From the NCBI GenBank assembly GCA_017394835.1, contig JAFPXD010000029.1:25281-89280 (forward strand): a stretch of DNA of 64,000 nt, written 5' to 3'. Positions 56,895 through 64,000 of this stretch are shown piece by piece. The position numbers were made by a program, and so were the translations under genes. Origin of the DNA: Clostridia bacterium. GTDB lineage: Bacteria; Bacillota; Clostridia; Christensenellales; CAG-138. The notes under the pieces were generated by a model. The model searched no databases and was not told where the DNA came from. It was given only the letters and a program-made list of their open reading frames with translations. Positions within the stretch are counted from its first letter, which is position 1, and every line of letters starts with the position of its first letter.

Positions 56895-58274
56895 ATGGAA
56901 CAGAACAAAAAACTCATCGAACTGAAGAACATCACCAAGGATTACGGCGGCAATCTCGCCCTCGATAACGTCAGCCTCTATATCAGGGACGGCGAATTTC
57001 TGACCCTGCTCGGCCCCTCCGGCTGCGGCAAGACCACTCTGCTCCGCATCATCGCGGGCTTTATCACCCCCGATTCGGGCGAGGTCTATATCGACGGCGC
57101 GGATATGAAGGGCGTCCCCCCTCATAAGAGGCAGGTCAACACCGTATTCCAGAAATACGCGCTCTTCCCCCATCTGAACGTATTCGATAACATAGCGTTC
57201 GGCCTGAAGATCAAGCGCACCCCGAAGGATAAGATAGAGGAGAAGGTCAACGCCATGCTCAAGCTCGTCAATCTCGAAGGCTACGGCAAGCGCTGGATCG
57301 ATCAGCTCTCCGGCGGTCAGCAGCAGCGCATAGCGATCGCCCGCGCATTGGTAAACGAGCCCAAGGTCCTTCTGCTGGACGAGCCTCTTGGCGCGCTCGA
57401 CTTAAAGCTCCGCCAGGAGATGCAGCTTGAATTGAAGCGCATGCAGCAGCAACTCGGCATAACCTTCGTGTTCGTTACCCACGATCAGGAGGAGGCGCTC
57501 ACCATGTCCGATACGATCGTCGTTATGAAGAACGGCGTGATCCAGCAGATCGGCCGCCCCGAGGATATTTACAACGAGCCCAAGAACCCCTTCGTCGCCG
57601 ATTTCATAGGCGAAAGCAACATAGTTCCCGGCGTTATGCTCGATGATTACAAGGTCCGCATGAAGGGCATGACGTTCCCCTGCGTTGACGCGGGCTTCGG
57701 CAAGAACGTTGAAGTTGACGTGGTTATCCGCCCCGAGGATATAGACATAGTGGAGCCCGAAAAGGCCCGCATATCCGGCAAGGTGGTCTCCGTGGTGTTC
57801 ATGGGCGTCCATTATGAAATAGACGTTGACTGCGGCGGCTATGAGTGGGTGGTGCATACCACCGATTACGCGGCCGTCGGCCAGCAGGTGGGCATTTCCA
57901 TCCCGCCCGACGCCATCCATATCATGAAGAAGACCCGCGCTACCAACCTCTTCGACGCGGAGGTATGGCCCGGCGAAGGCATGATCTATATAGATAACGT
58001 CGGCTTTGAGGCGCACGGCCTCGATGAGTATGAAAACAAGGAGATCGCGCTCGTCGAGATCGCTCCCGAAAAGGTCAAAATACTCGCTCCGCAGGATGCG
58101 AAGCTCACCGGCAGCGTCAAGGAGTGCATGTTCCTCGGCACCCATTACGAGGTCACGATCTCCTGTGAGGAGAACGACTGGATCGCCCATTCCGATGAAT
58201 TCATGGAGGAGGGCGAGGAAGTCGGCATAGCCGTAGATCCCGAGGATCTCACCCTTTCCGATAAGGAGGACTGA
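56895..58274 (+). CDS. potA: spermidine/putrescine ABC transporter ATP-binding protein with a duplicated C-terminal TOBE-like domain
   Basis: The start is re-picked at [11 protein letters not shown] (RBS GGGGGA). Walker [10 protein letters not shown], the signature LSGGQQQR and Walker B LLLDEP are present. Two similar C-terminal segments follow. Confidence 0.88.
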   Translation: MEQNKKLIELKNITKDYGGNLALDNVSLYIRDGEFLTLLGPSGCGKTTLLRIIAGFITPDSGEVYIDGADMKGVPPHKRQVNTVFQKYALFPHLNVFDNIAFGLKIKRTPKDKIEEKVNAMLKLVNLEGYGKRWIDQLSGGQQQRIAIARALVNEPKVLLLDEPLGALDLKLRQEMQLELKRMQQQLGITFVFVTHDQEEALTMSDTIVVMKNGVIQQIGRPEDIYNEPKNPFVADFIGESNIVPGVMLDDYKVRMKGMTFPCVDAGFGKNVEVDVVIRPEDIDIVEPEKARISGKVVSVVFMGVHYEIDVDCGGYEWVVHTTDYAAVGQQVGISIPPDAIHIMKKTRATNLFDAEVWPGEGMIYIDNVGFEAHGLDEYENKEIALVEIAPEKVKILAPQDAKLTGSVKECMFLGTHYEVTISCEENDWIAHSDEFMEEGEEVGIAVDPEDLTLSDKED

Positions 58275-58276
58275 CG

Positions 58277-59074
58277 ATGAAGCGTAGGGTGTTCGCATAT
58301 CCTTACGTAGTATGGATGATACTGTTTATCGTCATCCCGATGCTGTTCATCTTCTACTACGCCGTGAACGTGAACGGGCAGTTCACGCTCACGAAATTCA
58401 TAGCAACGCTCAAGGACGCCGGCAAATGGAAGGTGCTCTGGGCGAGCGTCGTAATGGCGTTCAAAACGACTCTCATCTGCCTCCTGCTCGCGTACCCCAT
58501 AGCGTACATCCTCTCGAATATGAAGAAGTCCGTCGCGGGGTTCATATCGGTGCTCTTCTTCGTTCCCATGTGGATGAACTTCGTGCTCCGCACCTATGCG
58601 TGGCAGGCGATACTCGAATATCTCCTTCCCGATCTTAAAAAGTTCCTGGGGCTTGAGGGATCGGTGCTCATGGTGCTCGTTTACGACTTCCTGCCGTTCA
58701 TGATAATGCCCCTTTACAACACGCTTTCGAAGCTCGATAAATCCCTGCTCGAAGCTTCGAGGGATCTCGGCGCGAACTCCGCCGTCACGTTCTTCCGCGT
58801 GGTGCTCCCGCTCTCCGTTCCCGGTATCGTTTCGGGTATCACGATGGTATTCATCCCCGCGATCACCGCCTTCACGGTGCCCGCGCTGATCGGCAACGGC
58901 ATGTACCACCTCTACGGCAACGAGATCGAGCTCGCCTTCAAGACCCTCTCCGGTCAGGGCGATTACGCCGTCGGAAGCACGCTTTCGATAATACTGCTCA
59001 TATCGGTGCTCGTATCCACTCTGATTATGAACCACTTTGACAAGGATCAGCAGCAAGGGGGGCAGTTGTGGTGA
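58277..59074 (+). CDS. potB: spermidine/putrescine ABC transporter permease
   Basis: 265 aa with 6 TM segments and an EAA-type loop (LEASRDLGANSAVTFFRVVLP). Confidence 0.88.
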   Translation: MKRRVFAYPYVVWMILFIVIPMLFIFYYAVNVNGQFTLTKFIATLKDAGKWKVLWASVVMAFKTTLICLLLAYPIAYILSNMKKSVAGFISVLFFVPMWMNFVLRTYAWQAILEYLLPDLKKFLGLEGSVLMVLVYDFLPFMIMPLYNTLSKLDKSLLEASRDLGANSAVTFFRVVLPLSVPGIVSGITMVFIPAITAFTVPALIGNGMYHLYGNEIELAFKTLSGQGDYAVGSTLSIILLISVLVSTLIMNHFDKDQQQGGQLW

Positions 59075-59946
59075 AAAAGGCAGTCCGTTCGTTAAAATAC
59101 GTTTATCTGGGGCTGATGGTATTCTTCCTTTACATCCCCATAATCTACCTCATCGTCTATTCGTTCAACGACTTTACGGTGGGCCGCAGGGTCGCCTATG
59201 CGAACCTCGGCAAATGGAAGGGCTTTACCCTTCAAAATTACGCGAACCTCTTCTCGGGCGAGGCGGGCAGCTCCCTGCTCCTGACTCTCGAGATCGCCGC
59301 GATCTCCAGTATCATTGCCACGGTGATAGGCACCGCCGCCGCGATAGGCATTTACGCCATGAAGAAGCGCACAAGGAATTTGATCCTCAACGTTTCGGAG
59401 CTTCCCATGGTGAACCCCGATCTCGTCACCGGTATCACTTTCATGATGCTCTTCGCGTTCGTCAATTCCGTGCTGGTCAAGCTCGGATTGAAGCAGGTGG
59501 GGGACATCCCGAAGCTTTTGATCGCCCATATCTCGTTCAGCATCCCGTACGTGATATTCTCCGTAATGCCGAGGCTGAGGCAGAGCTCCGATATGCTCTA
59601 TGAGGCGGCGATGGATCTCGGCTGCTCGCCGCTGCAGGCGCTGTTCAAGGCCGTTATCCCGGATATAATGCCGGGCATCACCTCGGGCTTTATAATGGCG
59701 CTGACCATGAGCCTTGACGATTTCGTTGTCAGCTACTTCGTTTCCGATTTGAAGAGCGTGCTTTCCGTCTATATCTACTCCTCCGCAAGGGGAGCCAAGG
59801 GCGTGAACCCCGCTCTTGCAACGGTAATATTCATTCCGCTCGTAACTCTGCTCCTTATAGTCAATCTGAGGCGCATCTCAAAGGAGCGCGAGTATGAGAT
59901 ACAGTCCAAAAAAGTAAAACTCAAAGATAAGGGAGGAAACCTCTGA
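59068..59946 (+). CDS. potC: spermidine/putrescine ABC transporter permease
   Basis: 292 aa with a GTG start that overlaps the potB end. The EAA-type loop reads YEAAMDLGCSPLQALFKAVIP. Confidence 0.85.
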   Translation: MVKKAVRSLKYVYLGLMVFFLYIPIIYLIVYSFNDFTVGRRVAYANLGKWKGFTLQNYANLFSGEAGSSLLLTLEIAAISSIIATVIGTAAAIGIYAMKKRTRNLILNVSELPMVNPDLVTGITFMMLFAFVNSVLVKLGLKQVGDIPKLLIAHISFSIPYVIFSVMPRLRQSSDMLYEAAMDLGCSPLQALFKAVIPDIMPGITSGFIMALTMSLDDFVVSYFVSDLKSVLSVYIYSSARGAKGVNPALATVIFIPLVTLLLIVNLRRISKEREYEIQSKKVKLKDKGGNL

Positions 59947-61052
59947 TGCTCAAGAAACTGCTTGCTGTTGCCCTCGCCGTGATAATGATCGCGGCCCTTG
60001 CCGCCTGCGGCAAAAAGACCGAAGAAGAAGCCGATTACAGCTTTGCCGACGGCGACCAATACGAATACATCGGCGGCACCCTCAATATTCTCAACTGGGG
60101 CGAATACATCGACGAAGAGCTCATCTCCATTTTCGAGGAGGAGACCGGCGTAAAGGTCACCTACGTTGAGATGACCTCCAATGAGGAGATGCTCATAAAG
60201 CTCCGCGCGGCGGACTGCGTTTACGATCTCTGCTTCCCCTCCGATTACATAATCGAGCAGCTCATCGCGAACGATCTTCTCCTGCCCCTCGATTATTCCA
60301 AGATCCCCAACGCCAAAAACATCCAGCCCCGCGTTATGAAGATAGCGGAAGGCTTCGATCCCGGCAACAAGTATTCGCTCCCCTATTTCTGGGGCACGGT
60401 CGGCATCCTCTACAACACCAAGCTGGTCGATGAACCCGTTGACAGTTGGGATATCCTCTGGAACGAGAAGTATGCCGGCCAGATCTGGCAGTACGATTCC
60501 GTGCGCGACGCGATCGGCATCTCCCTGATCCGCCTCGGGTATGACATCAACACCCGCAATCCCGATGAGGTAAACGCCGCCAAGGATGAGCTCATAAAGC
60601 AGATCCCGCTTTTGAAGGGCCGCGGCACGGACGATATCCGCACCAACATGATAAACGAGCAGGCGGCGCTTGCCGTGATCTATTCCGGCGACGCTTACGA
60701 GTGCTGCGATTCCAATAACGACCTCGCTTACGTCGTTCCCAAGGAGGGCTCCAACGTCTGGTTCGATAACGTTGTCATCCCCAAGACGGCGAAGAACGTC
60801 GAGGCGGCTCACGCCTTCATCAATTTCATAAACGACGCGAACCTTGCCGCCCGCAATACCGAGTATTGCTTCTATTCCACCCCCAACCAGGGCGCGCTCG
60901 ATCTTCTTGACGAGGATTTCACCTCCAACGAGATATTCAATCCCACCGACGAGACCCTTGCCCGCTGCGCCGTGTTCCACGATCTCGGCGACTTCGTGGA
61001 GGTCTTCAACAGAGCGTGGGATGAGTACGTCTCCGCAACGGGCGTGCACTGA
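59946..61052 (+). CDS. potD: spermidine/putrescine ABC transporter substrate-binding lipoprotein
   Basis: The lipobox reads IAALAACGKK. The body is a PotD-like periplasmic-binding fold (NWGEYID, YFWGTVGILYN). The ATG overlaps the potC TGA. Confidence 0.88.
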   Translation: MLKKLLAVALAVIMIAALAACGKKTEEEADYSFADGDQYEYIGGTLNILNWGEYIDEELISIFEEETGVKVTYVEMTSNEEMLIKLRAADCVYDLCFPSDYIIEQLIANDLLLPLDYSKIPNAKNIQPRVMKIAEGFDPGNKYSLPYFWGTVGILYNTKLVDEPVDSWDILWNEKYAGQIWQYDSVRDAIGISLIRLGYDINTRNPDEVNAAKDELIKQIPLLKGRGTDDIRTNMINEQAALAVIYSGDAYECCDSNNDLAYVVPKEGSNVWFDNVVIPKTAKNVEAAHAFINFINDANLAARNTEYCFYSTPNQGALDLLDEDFTSNEIFNPTDETLARCAVFHDLGDFVEVFNRAWDEYVSATGVH

Positions 61053-61071
61053 CAGCTGATCCGCTCCATGA

Positions 61072-61104
61072 GCACGCGGCTCAATGCCGCGTGCCCGTTT
61101 TTTT
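61072..61104 (+). terminator. intrinsic terminator after potD
   Basis: GCACGCGGC-TCAAT-GCCGCGTGC is followed by CCGTTTTTTT. Confidence 0.85.
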
Positions 61105-61320
61105 CATAAGCCCGCGATCCTGCAATGCTTCCGCCCGAGAAGACGAACGTGAACTCTCTTCCGCGGAGAAGTAAAAGCGATTTGTTCACGAAAAGAAGTA
61201 ATGCATACGGTTGCTGCATTACCCACTTATAAAACAGCAACCGATCCATTCCGGTACCTGCAGGGGCTTGGCGGCTGACAGGGCGAAAAGGATAGCGGGG
61301 AGAGTATAGGTTTTTTTGAA

Positions 61321-61351
61321 GGGAAAAGCCTCGGGCGGGCTTTCCCTTTTT
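61321..61351 (+). terminator. intrinsic terminator-like hairpin inside the potD-ddl spacer
   Basis: GGGAAAAGCC / GGCTTTCCC pair with one bulge. TTTTT follows. Confidence 0.65.
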
Positions 61352-61406
61352 CCGTCTGAAAACAGAAGGGAGCGCTTCCGCGTACCGCATACCTAAACCT
61401 AAGGCT

Positions 61407-61432
61407 CCGCTCCCGTATCGGGCGGCTTTTTT
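61407..61432 (+). terminator. second intrinsic terminator-like hairpin inside the potD-ddl spacer
   Basis: CCGCTC-CCGTATC-GGGCGG is followed by CTTTTTT. Confidence 0.6.
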
Positions 61433-61439
61433 ATATAGT

Positions 61440-61468
61440 TTGCATAATCGCCCGAACGATGCTATAAT
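61440..61468 (+). promoter_or_regulatory. sigma-A-type promoter of ddl-murF (TTGCAT-17-TATAAT)
   Basis: TTGCAT lies at 61440-61445 and TATAAT at 61463-61468, 36 nt upstream of the ddl ATG. Confidence 0.7.
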
Positions 61469-61504
61469 TATAATGGTTTATTATAATGAAAGGTCGGTTT
61501 TTCA

Positions 61505-62560
61505 ATGAAGATAGTTGTTCTCTGCGGCGGCATAAGCCCCGAACGCGACGTTTCCCTTTCCACCGGCGCGACCGTTGCGCGCGCCCTGCGTGAAAAAGGG
61601 CATTCCGTCGCCCTCATAGATTCCGCGCGCGATATCCCCGATGATATCGCCTCCCTGTTCACGGCCGAGACGACCGATTCCTCGGCCCATATAGGCGAAA
61701 CAGCTCCCGATATAGAGGAGCTCATCGCCCGCCGGAATTATTTCGGAAAGAACGTGATCGAAGCCTGCCGAGAAGCGGATATCGTTTTCAACGCCATGCA
61801 CGGTGCGGCGGGTGAGGACGGCACCCTCCAGGGCTGCTTCGATCTGCTCGGCATAAGATACACGGGCTCGGGCGCGAAGGCCTGCGCCGTTTCGATGGAT
61901 AAGACCCTTGCCAAGCGCATAATGGCTCCCGTCAAGGGCGTAAGGATGCCCCGCGGCGTTTCCGTCATGCGCGACGAGTTCGAGGATAACGAGCTCGAGT
62001 ACGTCAAACGCCTGATGGATGAGGTCGGCCTTCCCATGGTAATAAAGCCCGCTTGCGGCGGGTCTTCCGTAGGCGTCACCATAGTCGGGCGGGAGGAGGA
62101 TATCTGCCCCGCGCTGGAGCTTGCGCTTTCCTATGAGCCCAAGGCCGTTGCGGAGGAATACGTCAAGGGCCGCGAGTTCTCCGTCGGGGTGCTGGGCGGG
62201 CGCGCGCTTCCCCCGATAGAGATAATCCCCAAATCGGGCTTTTACGATTACAAGAACAAGTATCAATCCGGCTGCACTGTGGAGATATGCCCCGCCGAGA
62301 TACCGGAGGAGATCGCCGATAAGATGAAGCGGGCGGCGGTGCTCGTGCATGATAAGCTCGGCCTTACCGCCTATTCCCGCACCGATTTCATAGTGAACGC
62401 CGAGGGAGAGCCCTTCGCGCTCGAAGCGAACACCCTTCCGGGAATGACTCCCATGAGCCTTCTCCCGCAGGAGGCAAAGGCAATGGGCATTGATTTCCCG
62501 GAGCTCTGTCAGATGATAATCGAGGAGAGCATGAATAAATATGATCGAATTGACTCTTGA
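61505..62560 (+). CDS. ddl: D-alanine--D-alanine ligase
   Basis: 351 aa, ATP-grasp fold, with MKIVVLCGGISPERDVSL, HGAAGEDGTLQG and EANTLPGMT. Confidence 0.93.
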   Translation: MKIVVLCGGISPERDVSLSTGATVARALREKGHSVALIDSARDIPDDIASLFTAETTDSSAHIGETAPDIEELIARRNYFGKNVIEACREADIVFNAMHGAAGEDGTLQGCFDLLGIRYTGSGAKACAVSMDKTLAKRIMAPVKGVRMPRGVSVMRDEFEDNELEYVKRLMDEVGLPMVIKPACGGSSVGVTIVGREEDICPALELALSYEPKAVAEEYVKGREFSVGVLGGRALPPIEIIPKSGFYDYKNKYQSGCTVEICPAEIPEEIADKMKRAAVLVHDKLGLTAYSRTDFIVNAEGEPFALEANTLPGMTPMSLLPQEAKAMGIDFPELCQMIIEESMNKYDRIDS

Positions 62561-63887
62561 TGAAGTATTGAAGGCGACGGGCGGCAGAGCGGTCTGCGAG
62601 CTGCCCGGGGGCTTTATTTCCTCAATTACGGCCGACAGCCGCACCGCGGGCCCCGGCTCCCTGTTCGCCGCATTGAAGGGCGAGCGCGCCGACGGGCACG
62701 ATTTCGTCAAAGGGCTCGAGGGCAAAGCGCTCTGCGCCGTTGTGGAGCATGAGGTCGAGGCGGATCTCCCGCAGATCGTCGTCGAAAGCACTTACCGCGC
62801 GATAGGCGCGATAGGCGCTTACATCCGCGAAAAGTCCGGCGTGATAGTCGTAGGCGTGACGGGCTCCGTGGGCAAGACCTCCGTAAAGGAGCTTACGGCT
62901 TCCGTCGTTTCCCAAAGGTTCTCCGTGCTGAAGACCGAAAAGAACCACAACAACGAGCTGGGCCTTCCCATGACGCTGTTCCGTCTGGAGCCCGAAAACG
63001 AAGCGGCGGTGCTTGAAATGGGCATTAGCTACTTCGGCGAGATGGACCGTATCTCCCGCATAGCGAGGCCGGATATAGCCGTCTATACCAATATAGAAAA
63101 CGTCCATACCGAAAACCTCATCGACCGCGACGGCGTTCTGCGCGCCAAGACGGAGCTCGTTGCCAACATGCGCGGGAACACGCTCATACTGAATGCCGAG
63201 GATGACAAGCTTGCGGGGTATAAGCTCCCCTCCGGCAAGAAGGCCGTCTATTACGGCATAGAGGGGGAGGCTTTCGTCACCGCTTCCGATATAGAGTATC
63301 ACGGCATGGAGTCGGTCGATTTCACTCTGCACGTCGGCGCGGACAGCATCCGCGTCAGCCTTCCCGCCGCAGGCAGGCACATGGTATTGAACAGCCTTGC
63401 CGCGGCCGCCGCGGGTCACGAGCTGGGGCTCACCATGCAGGAGATAAAGCGCGGGATCGAAGCCTACCGCACGGTCTCGGGCCGAATGGAAAAGAGCGAA
63501 TACAAGGGCGCGGTCATAATGAACGACTGCTACAACGCAAGCCCCGCCTCCATGGCGGCGAGCCTTCGCGTGCTCGCGCAGGGATCGGGGCGCAGGCTCG
63601 CGCTCCTCGGCGATATGCTGGAGCTGGGCGAAAGGACAGTCGAACTGCATGAGGGAGTGGGCAGGCTCGCCGCGGAGCTGGGCGTCGATATGCTCGTTGC
63701 CGTGGGCAGCCTCGGAGCGCATATCGCGAAGGCGGCGAAGGAAGCAGGGCTCGAAAAGGCGTTTGCACTGAGCCGCGATGAAGCCGTCGAACTTATCAAA
63801 AACGAGCTCCGCGAGGGGGATACCCTTCTTGTAAAGGCCTCCCGCGGGATGAAGCTCGAACAGCTCATAGCAAGGATCACCGAATAA
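62541..63887 (+). CDS. murF: UDP-N-acetylmuramoyl-tripeptide--D-alanyl-D-alanine ligase
   Basis: 448 aa with the P-loop GVTGSVGKTS and the Mur ligase motifs NNELG and DCYNASP. It overlaps the ddl end by 20 nt. Confidence 0.93.
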   Translation: MIELTLDEVLKATGGRAVCELPGGFISSITADSRTAGPGSLFAALKGERADGHDFVKGLEGKALCAVVEHEVEADLPQIVVESTYRAIGAIGAYIREKSGVIVVGVTGSVGKTSVKELTASVVSQRFSVLKTEKNHNNELGLPMTLFRLEPENEAAVLEMGISYFGEMDRISRIARPDIAVYTNIENVHTENLIDRDGVLRAKTELVANMRGNTLILNAEDDKLAGYKLPSGKKAVYYGIEGEAFVTASDIEYHGMESVDFTLHVGADSIRVSLPAAGRHMVLNSLAAAAAGHELGLTMQEIKRGIEAYRTVSGRMEKSEYKGAVIMNDCYNASPASMAASLRVLAQGSGRRLALLGDMLELGERTVELHEGVGRLAAELGVDMLVAVGSLGAHIAKAAKEAGLEKAFALSRDEAVELIKNELREGDTLLVKASRGMKLEQLIARITE

Positions 63888-63899
63888 GAGGAACTGAAA

Positions 63900-64000
63900 A
63901 TGAAAGTAAATTTCGATCCAGAAAAAACTTATGCGATAGCATTGGGCGGCGGCGGCGCGAAGGGCAGCTATGAAATAGGCGTCTGGCGCGCCCTTGCCGA
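63900..64000 (+). CDS. patatin-like phospholipase (N-terminal fragment; runs off the window end)
   Basis: MKVNFDPEKTYAIALGGGGAKGSYEIGVWRAL contains the patatin oxyanion-hole motif GGGxxG. Confidence 0.7.
   Translation, partial: MKVNFDPEKTYAIALGGGGAKGSYEIGVWRALA

Overview
The window is GC-rich (about 60% by eye). It looks like the core chromosome of a spore-forming, Gram-positive anaerobe, probably Clostridia of the Oscillospiraceae/Ruminococcaceae type. Supporting signs are a gerA-type germinant receptor operon, AGGAGG-type ribosome binding sites, lipoboxes and a dockerin-bearing protein. About 59 protein genes are packed tightly, many with overlapping stop and start codons.

Recognisable content, in order:
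- a minus-strand chain iorA-iorB-aminotransferase-pcrA-ligA
- gerAA/AB/AC, mscL and an IDH1-type isocitrate dehydrogenase
- a MATE exporter and two tandem paralogous lipoproteins
- an HMA-protein-mnmA-deoC set and a long PBP5-type carboxypeptidase
- hslO, nth, obg, a fused nadD-yqeK, rsfS, dnaX and hisS
- a complete tetrahydrofolate-dependent histidine utilisation cluster (hutH, hutU, formimidoyltransferase, hutI, cyclodeaminase)
- a dockerin-tagged HExxH protein and a cysteine-desulfidase-folD-GNAT operon with a divergent GntR regulator
- pgm, asnS and a PHP/RpiR pair
- an XRE-cupin regulator followed by potABCD, then ddl, murF and the start of a patatin gene

I see no rRNA, tRNA, CRISPR array, transposase, integrase or prophage genes. 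I did not find a convincing new multi-gene system.

The best leads:
- an in-frame TAA at codon 17 of icd
- the tandem lipoprotein paralogs of unknown function
- the single-polypeptide NadD-YqeK, whose start looks leaderless
- an uncharacterised 331-aa protein
- repeated GTTTAG operator-like motifs upstream of the pot regulator
- a structured 330-nt intergenic region carrying two intrinsic terminators

The ORF track translates TTG and GTG starts as M, so I re-picked several starts from RBS context. All function calls come from reading motifs, not from database searches.
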